Below, one piece after another: positions 50,783-63,048 of a stretch of DNA of 64,000 nt. Positions within the stretch are counted from its first letter, which is position 1. Each line of letters begins with the position of its first letter. A program made the position numbers and the translations under genes. The stretch lies in the NCBI GenBank assembly GCA_010356995.1, contig ML996698.1, positions 617,923 through 681,922 of the forward strand. The letters run 5' to 3'. The DNA comes from Trichodelitschia bisporula. Taxonomy: Eukaryota. The notes beneath the pieces were generated by a model. That model saw only the letters and a list, made by a program, of their open reading frames with translations. It did not search any database and was not told where the DNA came from.

Positions 50783-52381
50783 TTATTGGTTCCACGTTGA
50801 TGTTGCCTCTGGAGGAGACCAAGAGTAGAAATGTGCATGATACCCAGTTCGAATCATTTTTTCCACTTGTGCTGTTTAGTGAGAATGTTTCTGGAGAGAG
50901 GGACCCCTCTTGCTTCGTAATCTTACAGAACAAATCCACTACTGCGATTGAGACAGGATCTGCGGGAGTTGGTTGGAGCGGGAAGAAAATTGCAGCGACC
51001 TGGAGGGCTCAATGACCTGCGGCATCACGATGATACGGCGAGCCTGCCTATGCGGCGAGATGATTTTAGCCAACTCGCAGAGCCTCTCATCTGTCTAAAT
51101 TTTACGTTTCTCAATGCCTTACAATGCTTGAGCTCGCACATTCCTACGTCAATACTTCCCTCTGACCTGTCTTCCCCTACCACCATTCATACCAAGCTTG
51201 CTTACCGGCGACTCTCTTATCTTCTGTGCTTCTCGCGGTTCGTTGTCCTCTTACATCACGGCTTACCCTCCATGCTGAAGGCTAATGGGAATTATGCGAG
51301 ATACCCAAACCCCCGAGATACATACTTTACATACCCATCTCCTGAACTGGGCAATCAGAAGACTAGACTTTTCGAGAGACGAGAATCAAGGTGGGCCAGC
51401 TGATGAGCTTGCGCGCACCGCGGCCCATAATAACTTCGTAACTTGGAATCATTACACATACGCACCCAAACCCCGGAATACACACCTGCCATACAAACCC
51501 CTAACCAGTTAATTATTGGCCGAGAAACATCAGCTACGCTGCGTAGTCCCGACCAATAAATGAGCCCCCAGAACCTGTGTCCAAACCCATGCCTACACAA
51601 AATTGGTACCATATTTCCACCAATACATTGCAACAAAAAGAGTCCCAAGACGCGCGTCTTGTCAAAGCGAACACCATGAATGAGCCTTTATCTTATCCAC
51701 CGACGCGTTATGGGTGGATTGCGATTCAAAATCTTCACTTCTCAATCTAGGGCGGCTTGACAACTAGGCCTTAAATACCTACAGATATTTAAGTCGTGAT
51801 TGCTACTTTTCCCGGAGCGCAATCTTAACGGGATCAGTTCCAAAAATGCTCATCGCGTTGTGGCAATTGAAATGAGCTTAATTTCAATCTTATTATGGTG
51901 GCACACATGTGCGTCACAACTTGAAGTTTCCGTGACGTTTTGATGGGTATTAGCACTGAGCCAGTAGGCGTGTGTATGGCAGCATGCGGGGAAACAATAG
52001 GTGTCACACACGAGCCCGCTTCACCATTTTAAGACTGACATGTTCCGCAACGACAATCCCCGGTACCGTCAGTTGCGAGGATGCCAGCAAGTACGCAAAC
52101 GTGGGCAACCGCAGGACAAGGGATGCAACCTCGACAAGTGATAGATACATGCATAAACTCGGTCTGGCAGTAGAACAAAATACCGGGATTGAGCTTAATG
52201 ATCTTGTTGAATTTCTTTGTGTGGTTGTAGGCCGATGTAATTCATAAGTTCGACGTTTGCGACACATATCCTTTTCCCCGCTTGGGCACGTCTGTATCAA
52301 AGTTTCTAGGGGTGTGTGTACTACCTCTCCGTGAGTACATTACAGCTTGGAGTTTAACGCTAAAATCGCGGCGGTTTTAAG

Positions 52382-52587
52382 CATTATCCCTTGTACGGCC
52401 CGGGTAGTGGGCCAGGTACTCATCGCCTAGGTCCGTACTGTCATGAACCAATCAAAGAGCATAAATTTAGTTCTGTAAAAATTTCTCGGTTTTGGTAATA
52501 AATCCCAGCTCTTTGACTGGTCAACGATAGCGGGTTACGTGGGCGACGAGTACCTGGGCCAGCACCTGAGCCGTACAAGGGATAATG
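52382..52587. mobile_element. Fold-back / MITE-like inverted-repeat element (family A)
   Basis: Perfect 18-bp terminal inverted repeat CATTATCCCTTGTACGGC / GCCGTACAAGGGATAATG, extending imperfectly about 80 bp inward; non-coding. Confidence 0.75.
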
Positions 52588-53867
52588 GACCAAACTACAA
52601 GACAAAAATCAAGACTTTTACAGTTCCTTAACAATTCTTATGGTATGTACCTCGTAAAAAGAAATTGCAAAAAAGCATATCGTAAAAAAGGTTTGAATCA
52701 AGTGGAGATCATTTTGATGTACCTTTTAACCTGTAAGTGCGAAAGGGTTTGAAGTTTAATGAGGGAAATTTGTTGAGCCAGTGATGCTGATCAGCAGTGG
52801 GATTTGAATGTAGGTTGAGCGCACCTTAACTTTTTTGGTGTGCGCCTGAGAGTTCACATAGGATGATAATAACGAGTTCGGGAACTTTCCAGAACTGCGC
52901 CTTTAGCAGCTGAACATTTCTGCCAAAAAATGATTTTTTCATAATTACACCTGATGGTGCCGCGCTCAATGAAATCATAACATTCAGCTACCGATCCTAC
53001 TCACACAACGTTCGCTACTTGGAGCCTAAAATGCGCAATGCTCATATGAGCTAAACCCCTTACAACCAGCTCGCAACAGTGATTACACGCTTCCTGTAAA
53101 ACTAGAGATGTACCACTTACACGCATATATCCCAGCTCTGCTTACGAGATGAGAGAATTGTCCTAACCCATCAGACGTTGACAACTCAAATCTTACCCTG
53201 TCTCAACGGCTCCAAACATTCCAGTTCAAAACAGTCCCTTGCATAGGTGCAATGGGCTAGTATAAATTGCTCATCCTGTTAGGGGATTCTGATTATCCAT
53301 AGACCATTCAGAATATCAATATCACGTGAGTATCCGAGCCTGCAGTAAGCATACCTCAGCTCTTTCAGCTTTGGGCCCTCCTCCTTTCCCTCAATAAGCG
53401 CAAAGATCCGGCCAAACTTCAAAGGTGACACTTTCTCATGCAGCTGCTGCGAGGCAGGCATTTCGAGTCGCTCCATACACCATATGAGGGCCTTGATTAG
53501 ACTAGTAGTTGGATGCATTATTTGAATCGATGCACTGGATTTATTCTTCAACGGTGAAGTTCATATTGGTAGGGCAACCTACCGAGACCCGCCCCAAATC
53601 CTTTGGTGACAATCCACGCAGCGAAAAAAGGGGTTGCAACAATGGCTTCCAAAACGATATTAGCTTTCGCTACCAAGATTATTTTAGAGCATCTATGCTT
53701 TTTTGCATGTTGGCCTAATATCGGAACGTGGATGAACGTCACGAACATAAGAGCAAGCAAATGGGAGAGATATGATGCTTAGTGAGAGATGTGGGAGGAA
53801 GCAAACTATCTATAGGATGCGAGCACTGCTACGTTAGTCCTAATTGGGAGAACCGGCCCGCGGGTAG

Positions 53868-54375
53868 TAATAATAATAATAATAGCTTGATTACGCCCAG
53901 GCTTGTTTTAGCTAGCCGTAGGGTCGGGTCTCACCACTTTAGGGGTGGGTTTGACCAATTTCTTTGGTTCTACACGGCACAAACCCTCCCTGGAAGGGTT
54001 GAGGCAAAGCCCTGGAAGTCGTCCTTTGGAGAGAGGCATGTGAGCCCCACGCCTTTTACATGCGTTTATCGTCTTTTCTTTGCACCATTCTTGTGTGTCC
54101 CAAGCGAGAACTTGGCTTCACGCCAAGAAACTGAGAAACATTCCATATCCAATTAAACCCCAAAAAAGCCGAACGCCTACAGCAACGCAGATCCCATGAT
54201 TCTAGGTCATGTGATCGAAAGAGAGAAGGAGAGGAANNNNNNNNNNGGGGCGGGTCCTCTTTGGGGGAGATCCGGTTCCTGGTAGCAAGGGTGGTGTTGA
54301 ATCCGCTCTTCTTCACGTGTGGGTAGACTGGTGTTGTTGCTAGTCCTAGTATGTTGTCCTAGTATGTTGTGTTTG
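53868..54375 (-). mobile_element. Non-LTR retrotransposon (Tad-like LINE or derivative), interior lost in a 10-N gap
   Basis: (TAA)5 tail on +; adjacent ~100 bp identical to the copy at 59461; flanked by the 14-bp direct repeat GGCCCGCGGGTAGT at 53855-53868 and 54376-54389. Confidence 0.85.
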
Positions 54376-54389
54376 GGCCCGCGGGTAGT

Positions 54390-54625
54390 CTCTTCTTAAG
54401 TAGGGTATATAAATACACAATCTACATAAGCCTGCTACTATAACCTAATTATACCTACTATAGAGCAGTACTTTCTGCCGTACTATAGTAATAACCACTA
54501 TAACTCGATGATAATAACTGCCCCATTGCCCTAATACCTACCTTAGAGGTCTAATCCCTATAATACTAGTCGGGCAGACCCTAGCCTTGGTCCTAAGGTA
54601 TTAAGATTAGATGGTCTAGACTAGA
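54390..54625. repeat. TpA-rich, RIP-like degenerate repeat relic
   Basis: Visible excess of TA/TAG/CTA (CTACTATAACCTAATTATACCTACTATAG) and few CA/TG relative to the flanks; judged by eye. Confidence 0.55.
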
Positions 54626-55290
54626 TGCCGGAGTGTCACCGTCAACAATCACACATGCACGATCAAGATATGGGTAAGACGTAGATCGTAAAGCTACGGA
54701 GCAAAGATGCCAGGGACTGCGGGTAAGTAGGCCTGGTGTGTGAGTGTGAGTGTGGTGGCTTGGCACAGCGCCAAGCCCCACATAAACCCGGTGATGGTGC
54801 GAGCCCATGGAGCTGCAAGAACCGGGTGTCATACCGTGACACTGAGGTCCCTATCCTAACCCTGCTGAGCTGGCTAAATCATCCACCTTACTGTCAGGGG
54901 CGCACAAATCACTGGTTACACAGCATTGGTTGTGGAATAATATTCATTGAAAGCTTGAAGAATTATGTAAGGGTTTCGCGTGTGAATGTAGAGTGTGGGG
55001 AGCTGGGGTGTTAGCGCACAGGGCAGCGCCAAGCCATCATCCCTGCAAGTCAAGCCGGGCTGGAATTGTAGGGATCAGGCATTAAGCTTGCCGAGTCACG
55101 TGACCAACACAGGGCATGTGGCGATTTGACATGGGAGAGATGGTAGAAATTCAATGGAGTGGGTGGAAACGGAAGTCTGATTCTAATAGTCTTTCTTTTA
55201 AAGTTTCTGAACGTTATCGATTGAATGGGACTATGTCTACGTAAAGTGCTAATCTCGGAAATTTGGAGTATTTATCCAGCAGCCCCCAAT

Positions 55291-55469
55291 TTATCCCGCT
55301 TATTGAGGGCGTCCTCGTTTGTGTCCTAGCTTGCGTCCTCGTAACCGGCGGACCAATCAGGAGGCAGAACCCTTATGTTTTACCGCACCGTTCTGTAAGT
55401 AAACCTGGCTCTCCCATTGGTCCTCTTGTTACAATAACGCCGGCCAGGAGTCCCGCATTACAACGATAG
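55291..55469. mobile_element. Degenerate fold-back element related to the 57331 copy
   Basis: Shares GCGTCCTCGTAAC..GGCGGA and GTTCTGTAA with 57331-57488; internal inverted pair GGACCAAT / ATTGGTCC. Confidence 0.5.
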
Positions 55470-57330
55470 TTTAAGTATGTGGAAGATAGCGCAGAATTTG
55501 GACGTCGAAAGCATTGATAAGAGGCCTACGTAAGCGACATGCCGACATTACGTATCCCGACTGGGGGGTGTACGTGAGGTGTGCATCATAAATATTTGGC
55601 GTAGCTATCTAATAGTTCCGATACATCAATGAGCATCGAAACTAGCCGAAGTGTGGTTATCAACCAATGAATGAGCTTGTTGGCTAAGAAATCATAGCTC
55701 TCTGACGTAAAATGGCTTCGCTCATACTGCTCTACGCTTCTCGTAATTTTGGTTTTTTTTATAAGAGGGATTGCTGGAAGCCTCTCCACCTGAAGCAGTG
55801 AATTTTCCCAGCAGCCCTGGGCTTACGCCGTAAATTTCTTCGACATGGAAAAGAATACCATGCAATCTCTCAGGAGGACTTCAGAGCCCATCAGAATAGA
55901 GGGTCATATCGAGCACACTCTACTACGCGGGGAAAAAAAGTGTCATGTACGAGCCCGCTTCCAGACCTTCTAGGCCGATAGCGGTACAAGGAAAATATAA
56001 CCGTAAGAAGCAATGGATAAATCCAGAACTTTGGTTTGTAAATACCCCTTGACCCTGGGACAAAGGCCAGTATGTTAATAAAATTTCTTTGGAGTGTTGC
56101 AGCTTGATATTCTTCTATAGCCCGATCGCATGGAACCATTTTTTCCGCGTGCCTCGATAAGCAAGCTCCGCACTAGTCGGCCAATCAGGGCAGTGTTTTT
56201 GAGATACGTACGTAAATTCAATCAAACAAACAGATAATATTCTGGAAATCCCTCGCCGAACAGCCCGTAACCGTGACTCTTAGGTGCATAATAGTAATAC
56301 ATGAGTTGCACCCCTCCCCCTTCTTTAGTAGCAGTGCATTGTCAAATTCACAGATAAACTTTAAGTTGCTGTGGACTTATGTAACGTTGGTGCACTGGGT
56401 TGGTTAATATATCACTGGAGATGGCTTAAGGAGCCGAAAATTCGACACTTTCTCTATGTAGATTTTCATTAACGTCCGGTGCAGCTCCCGAAGGTCCATG
56501 CAGACGGCCTATAGCAAAACTATGATATGAAGTGGGAATCTGAACTAAAACCCAAACGTGGGGGAAATACTCCTTAGCGGGGGGCTCTTCGGACACGACC
56601 CAAAACATATCTGGCAAGGCCTTGGTGGGTGGTTGTTGTAATCTGGCAGTACCTGAGCATTAGGCTCTAGGGGGTCTGTATTCGCCTCCGACTCCGGGGC
56701 ATCTCGTGGTGCTGGGTGCTTCCTGCCGTGCTTTCGGTCGAGCTCCGGCGACTTTGTCTAGGTCAATACATCCTCGCGTCAGTTGGGTATTTGAATGAAA
56801 AGTGTCAATTAATCAGGTGCTAACCACCTTAAAAGCCTAATCCGCCGCTTTCCTTACGGCCACAAGTGACAAAATTGCCGGAGTCACGAAGATCCAATCA
56901 AAATCTCACCACCAACTTCGAATGGCGATAGCCTCATAAGCCGAATTATATTGAGATAAATGGCCGTTCAGTAGAAGCATCTCGATGAGGCGAGCATAGG
57001 ATACAGCACAATTAATATACTACCCTAGACGTCTCACAATTGGAGGTCGGCTGAAGTTCGCCAACTATAGAGCCTAATGAGCACCATATCACTTTATCAG
57101 TAACGCCGGGCCTTGTGTGTGGCCTGACGACTTTTTAGTTCGACCTTAGAGTATAAAGCTAAGGAATTGGTACGCAGAAAGTTAGTGGTCACAAAGTCTT
57201 GATGAACTTGTTGTCCCCCCAACCGCCTCCCACGTAAATGTCACGACCGCACGAAATGTTGAAGTTGGCGAAACGGTTAACTCTGAGTTGTGATAGTTAT
57301 CCGACGCGCATGCAATAAGGTGATCTCTGT

Positions 57331-57488
57331 TCCTTGTGCTGTGAGCGTCACCGCCGGCGTCCTCGTAACATGGCGGATTAATTCAAGAACAAGCTTTTAT
57401 TTACAGAATGGTTCTGTAAAAAAAGCTTCCTCTCTTTTTGGTCCGGTAGTCTCGAGGACGCCAGTGAGGACGCTCACAGTGTCAAGGA
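57331..57488. mobile_element. Near-complete palindromic fold-back element
   Basis: CTGTGAGCGTC..GGCGTCCTCG pairs with CGAGGACGCC..GACGCTCACAG; centre AAGCTTTTATTTACAGAA-TGG-TTCTGTAAAAAAAGCTT. Confidence 0.7.
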
Positions 57489-58350
57489 TATTATTAGAAT
57501 CTTTATGAGAAACTAAATTGTCCAGTGCAGTCGTTGCACCTACAGAGAACATGTGATTCAGTTGCATGTTGCGAGGCTGTAGTGGGGCTGAGTAGCAGAA
57601 CTCCCAGCTTTTCATAGCCTAGTTCGGTTGCGTAGGGGACGTAAATAATTTAATCAATGTCCGTCATGCTCCCGAACCTGAATGCTGACGCCAGGCTATC
57701 TAGCTAGCGAGCTAGTTGCAACGTCCCGAGGGCGTATAAACCACGTCAAACAAAAGCCCTATGCGCAGAAAATGGAGCCCCTTTTCACGACGTGTCCGGG
57801 GTTTTCCGGGGCACACTTAGTAAGTCTAGCGTGTATCCTGCAGCGTAAACTACGTGTAGGGTTTTCTTTTTACATACAAAGTTTGTAGCTACGATGTGGG
57901 ATGTGCACCTACTACTTCCAGTACGTGAATGCCCCTGCCCGGTCTTCAAATTACCGTCCGGTTTCTTACAGCCCTGCTTGGTTCTGTCACTTTCTTATTC
58001 TACGCTCAATATCTAGTCCCGTCGCTAATTTTGTAACTGGCGCCGTTAAACACCCATCAGAGCCTTACTGGCTTTTCAATAGCTAGATAGCCTCCAAAAT
58101 ATTTAAATCTTCTACGGCTTTATCTAACCCCTTGTTTTTATTTTTGTGAAAGTATATTATGTCCCTATGGATGGCCAAGATAATGCCGGGTACGTGACAA
58201 AAACCATACCATACTTTCACTCGATGTTTCCACTTTTACCACAAACTAGTAATAAGCAGCCATTTCATCCAGTTTTGCCTCCGCTATTTTAATTTTGAAG
58301 AGGGCCGCTTCTGTTGGTACGTGCTTCCGAAGCTTATAAGCGAGCCAGGT

Positions 58351-58520
58351 TTATCACTTGTACTGACTTAGGTAGTTGCCCACATTCTCGCAATCAAGGC
58401 CCAATCAAAGAACCAGAATTTGCTGCAGACTGGGAACTCTGTACAGAACTACATTTTAGCTTTTTGATTGGTCCAGGATAGCGAGTGCCTGGCCACGTAC
58501 CTGGGCCGCACAAGGGATAT
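58351..58520. mobile_element. Degenerate second copy of family A fold-back, core inverted relative to 52382
   Basis: Ends TTATCACTTGTAC / GTACCTGGGCCGCACAAGGGATA; inner CCAATCAAAGA / CTTTTTGATTGG; TACAGAACTA is the reverse complement of TAGTTCTGTA in the 52382 copy. Confidence 0.6.
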
Positions 58521-59423
58521 GATGGAAATAACATCTTGGTATTTCCCCCAGAGAAAAAGGTGAGACGACAATGCTCTGCCTCAGTCCATCTTGAATATCG
58601 GCAATGCTCTATCTCCCCGCTACCTAAGGTCCTGAAGCCTATTGGCTCTCCTGCTTAAGGTTTCCTAAAGTGAACACGGTTGCAGGAAACATTTCAACAA
58701 ACGCGCCTATTTCTTCTAATCTAAGTTGCAGATGTATATGAAATGCCAATAGTGACCTATCTCAGACCGTTCTGTCATATTGAAGGTACCATATAGCAAG
58801 TATAAAATTAGGGGCCAGCTAATGATTTGCAAACCCAGGAAAATTGCAGACAATCTTGTGGCTAAATCCTAGTTACGCATTGTGATCTGGGAGAGGATGC
58901 TGCTTCGGGGTGATTGTGGGGCAAAGCTGAAATTGATGAGACTTAGGCCAGTTCATCGTTCATCGTCGGGTTACCATCACTTGTCCGGTAACTATTTGGC
59001 ATACACCTACAACCCACGGGGTACACAATTGCTCCTTCCCCCGCTCAGTTAGCAAATCAGGCTATGATAACTGTGATTCACCTGAGATGGGCCGGCTGGT
59101 CAACGAGGTTCTTCACTCCCTTTCTACATTCCCGTTTATCTGGACTTTACAGTGAAATAAGTTTTATTAGGCATGGGTATTGGCCTAGATAAAAATGTCA
59201 GACGACTTGTCTTGCCGTGGGGAACTTAATAAACTAAACTAAGATCCTCTTTACCCACCCGCATTCTGCGAACTTATACCTGCTAGAGGCCTCGACTCAC
59301 TGTCCCTAAAAGACTCTGGCATGTCAGGAAAGCTTTAGCACATACAGCTAGACACTTATGACAGCGGCCAGCCTCCGGACAAAAGATTACTGTAGAATTT
59401 ATTTGCAAGCCTGGGGAAGGAGA

Positions 59424-60415
59424 GACTCATTAGGCGCATACCCCAAAAATCTTATGGGCATAATAATAATAATAATAATAATAGCTTGATTACGCCCAGG
59501 CTTGTTTTAGCTAGCCGTAGGGTCGGGTCTCACCACTTTAGGGGTGGGTTTGACCAATTTCTTTGGTTCTACACGGCACAANNNNNNNNNNNNNNNNNNN
59601 NNNNNNNNNNNNNNNNNNNNNNNNNNNNNNNNNNNNNNNNNNNNNNNNNNNNNNNNNNNNNNNNNNNNNNNNNNNNNNNNNNNNNNNNNNNNNNNNNNNN
59701 NNNNNNNNNNNNNNNNNNNNNNNNNNNNNNNNNNNNNNNNNNNNNNNNNNNNNNNNNNNNNNNNNNNNNNNNNNNNNNNNNNNNNNNNNNNNNNNNNNNN
59801 NNNNNNNNNNNNNNNNNNNNNNNNNNNNNNNNNNNNNNNNNNNNNNNNNNNNNNNNNNNNNNNNNNNNNNNNNNNNNNNNNNNNNNNNNNNNNNNNNNNN
59901 NNNNNNNNNNNNNNNNNNNNNNNNNNNNNNNNNNNNNNNNNNNNNNNNNNNNNNNNNNNNNNNNNNNNNNNNNNNNNNNNNNNNNNNNNNNNNNNNNNNN
60001 NNNNNNNNNNNNNNNNNNNNNNNNNNNNNNNNNNNNNNNNNNNNNNNNNNNNNNNNNNNNNNNNNNNNNNNNNNNNNNNNNNNNNNNNNNNNNNNNNNNN
60101 NNNNNNNNNNNNNNNNNNNNNNNNNNNNNNNNNNNNNNNNNCTAGTGTTGATCATTTTGTTGTAGTCAATCGTTCTTGCTTGCTCGTAGAGCTCCGAGCG
60201 TCCCGCTCCGAGCGTGCAGCTCATGACCATATGCTTGGGTGTTTGTCGCCCAAATCCGCAGGGGCACCGGGGGTCATGTTGGCACATAAGTGCATCGCGA
60301 CTTGAAGTTTTGTGAGTTTATAAAGGGGTCTTGGCAAATTCTTGGCATCTCAGATATAGGGGGTGTATATGCAAGGTATGCCTCTAAGACTTTTGGGATG
60401 TGCGCCTAATGAGTC
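59424..60415. mobile_element. Short TIR (MITE-like) element interrupted by a LINE
   Basis: GACTCATTAGGCGCATACCCCAAAAATCTTA (59424-59454) is the inverted complement, with 3 mismatches, of TAAGACTTTTGGGATGTGCGCCTAATGAGTC (60385-60415). Confidence 0.7.
59461..60290 (-). mobile_element. 5'-truncated LINE: ORF2 C-terminal zinc knuckle, 3' UTR and (TTA)7 tail; spans a 560-N gap
   Basis: Minus strand encodes DPRCPCGFGRQTPKHMVMSC, a CCHC-type motif typical of fungal Tad-clade ORF2 C-termini. The tail end is identical to the 53868 copy. The 5' boundary is uncertain (60280-60345). Confidence 0.8.
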
Positions 60416-63048
60416 CCGGGTAAGGAATTCCCGTTTATATATCAAGCCCGCTACCCGTGTAGCCCGCATACACAGAATAGCACTACCTATTATGCAGTGC
60501 CTAGCCAATTAGTGTACGTAAATCGCCGCTTATTTGTTCTGGAACTGCGCCTGGGGATTGATTGGTTTCGGAACCGCAGTTACCACAAAGGCGCATTCTG
60601 GAACTGGAACTAATGGGTTCCGCTAGGCGCTTGCCCCAAAAGTCTCAGGTGCACACCTTACGTACACGTACTCTCAGCTCAGCCAGTAAATCACAAGATG
60701 GAGGTGCTTAAAAAATTCAGTCAGTGGCTGCCTCAGAGCTAACAAGACTTTACTGTTGAATTACTTTCCACGGGTTCATCGAGCAAAATAATCATCAAAC
60801 CGCTCGCCCCGGGGTGTCATCTTACCGAGTTAAGGTATCGACTAGAAATATCCGTGCTGTTCAGCTGCCTATGATGATGTGATATAGACGCCCAAATTTC
60901 ATTGGCCCTTGCGGCTAGCCGGAGGCGGGGGGGGGGGGGAACGTGGGGCGGAAAATGCAAAACCTCACTAACTGTCAACGTGAAAACTATCCGCAGGACA
61001 CTCAAGCCACTTAGGCGCTTCTGGATGATGTAGGGCGCATACATTTGCTATCAATAATACTAGTAACCTTACCACCTTTTTCTTGCTTGGTGGCCCGGTA
61101 GGAGAATTTGTTACTCGTCTGCAAACTTTGGGTTCCCTGTCATGGGATGCCTGGCTGGTATCTCCCAGAACTTCTATACTTGATTGACTAGATTCATGGG
61201 TGATCCGGTGAGATGCATATTTTGGGTTTCGGATGCATGAGCTAAAACAATTCTCTATGGATCTCTGTTACCCAATTTGAGGGAGGATATGATGGCGAGT
61301 ATGCCACAGGTTTTCTGGTGTATGCAACTATCGGCTCCCTTCAAGTCGACATCGGCACTGCGACGGTGCCCCCTGAGGGGTTTCAAAAGGGAGAAAATTC
61401 AATCCTACCTGATTTAAGTGCCTGCACGTGTGGGCAGCTATATATATATATATGTTGATACATGTGAAGCGGATGTCTTGCTGATCGGTATTTGGAGGTG
61501 CCATGTTCCTTCCCTCCTACCTCTGTGGAAGGGACGGGTAGGGAACCGTGGGGTTAATTTGCTGGGCTAAATCCAGGACGGTGCCATCTACGGTACCGTA
61601 AGATCATGCACTTTCGCTGATCATTGGCCGATCGATGATCTCATCTCATACGTGTACCCCTTTGAAGATCCAGAAGGAATTGATGTTATTTAATAACTAT
61701 GCACACTTACTTTTCAATGCAGCTATATATTCCCATTACCCCCCCGCCCCCCGCCTATGTAATGGATGTGTGCATCGACACTGGAGGCCGGCCTCCTCTG
61801 ATCCTCACTCCGAAATGCTAAACCTAATTTATCATGCATCGGCTCGGGCAACAGTGGACCTTCCCATGAGCAATAGGGAGCGAACTATAAGGCTCTTCTC
61901 AGTTTAAGGCAAGTCTACGGGTAAGATGTTGTCTAAAGTAAAGCATTATCACACGGGTTAAAGGTATGTACCGTAGTACGTAGGGCCGGCGGATTTTATC
62001 GCAAATGAAGCAGAACGGGTGTGAATCCTTGTGTGATGTTTAATGCAACTAACACAAGGTGCCCGCTATCAGGCATGATGATAGCCGATGCTCATCCGAT
62101 GTATTGTCGAACGAAGATCTTGAACAGGTCGTTCCACACGAGACCAAGGTAGAATTTCTTCCCAGGGTCCCTGACGCGTGAGGACGTATCCCCGGACCGT
62201 ATGTTGTGGGATCGCCCGATGAGAACCGTACTCATGACCGTGCTTTCGACTATGGGACGTAGTTCCACTCATATGGCCTTGCCTCAGCTCAGATGTCTTG
62301 TGCCGATGGACAATGGATACAGAGGATCCGGAAGCGCTAGAGGCTGTCAAAATTCTTCCGGGGTACATATCAAGAGCAGAGCCGAATAGTAATCAGTTTC
62401 CCGATATCTAACGCGGTGAGACATTATCTCGCTGCTTGAAAAAGTCAGGGGCTGCCGGGATCGCGGCACTTGCAGGCTGAGAAGAGATGGGAATGTCAGC
62501 CACCGTCCTCAATCGGCATTGGGCATGCAGCATCAGCACTCGGCCCGGGGGACAGCGGTTCACTCACGTCCGGCGATTGATCGCGGCCAAGATCGCCCGG
62601 CACGGCTGGGTGCTGAGGCGCTGCTTCGTAAGCGTGTCGGCTGCGCAATCGCGGAAGAGACATCAATACTCGGCACGGCACTTATTCAGCTTTATCGAAA
62701 AGCGCAAGAGAGGTCGGAAAGTAAGCCACAGGAGGTTTCCTTGTCGGTATCTGGCTTGGAGTCGGGTATCTCTGCTTCATGTTGCGGTCGGCGCAGGTGT
62801 GAGCATCTCGGCAGGATGTCCGTGTGGCACCCAATCAGGTTCCACGTAGCCGGACTACATGTCTCGAGGCATGGGACGCGCAGGTCATAACACATTTCCT
62901 GTTACTTCCAGTGTCAACTCCTTCAAACAACGTCAGCTCAAGCGTGCAGCCAGTTTGACTTGACTGCCTTCGGTTTGGGTGTCGCGAACACGTTAACCGG
63001 ACGATCCCCTTTCGCCACGTTGCGTCAGTGGTAACAACGCCCGGCGAC

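Noticed and set aside
52785..52835. CAGCAGTGGGATTTGAA...GCACCTTAAC resembling a minus-strand tRNA
   Set aside because: T-stem does not close and no cloverleaf can be built; at most a relic. tRNAscan-SE would settle it.
53279..53760. Two short minus-strand ORFs that look protein-like
   Set aside because: No motif recognised and no convincing splice path; could be a relic but cannot be supported without BLASTX.
55586..56139. Short minus ORFs with LAFVPGSRG, faintly like a tyrosine-recombinase box
   Set aside because: One weak motif, interrupted by stops, with no other catalytic residues identifiable.
59486..60305. Long plus-strand ORFs of 200-253 aa
   Set aside because: Artefacts of translating the 560-N gap; only the minus-strand zinc-knuckle fragment is meaningful.
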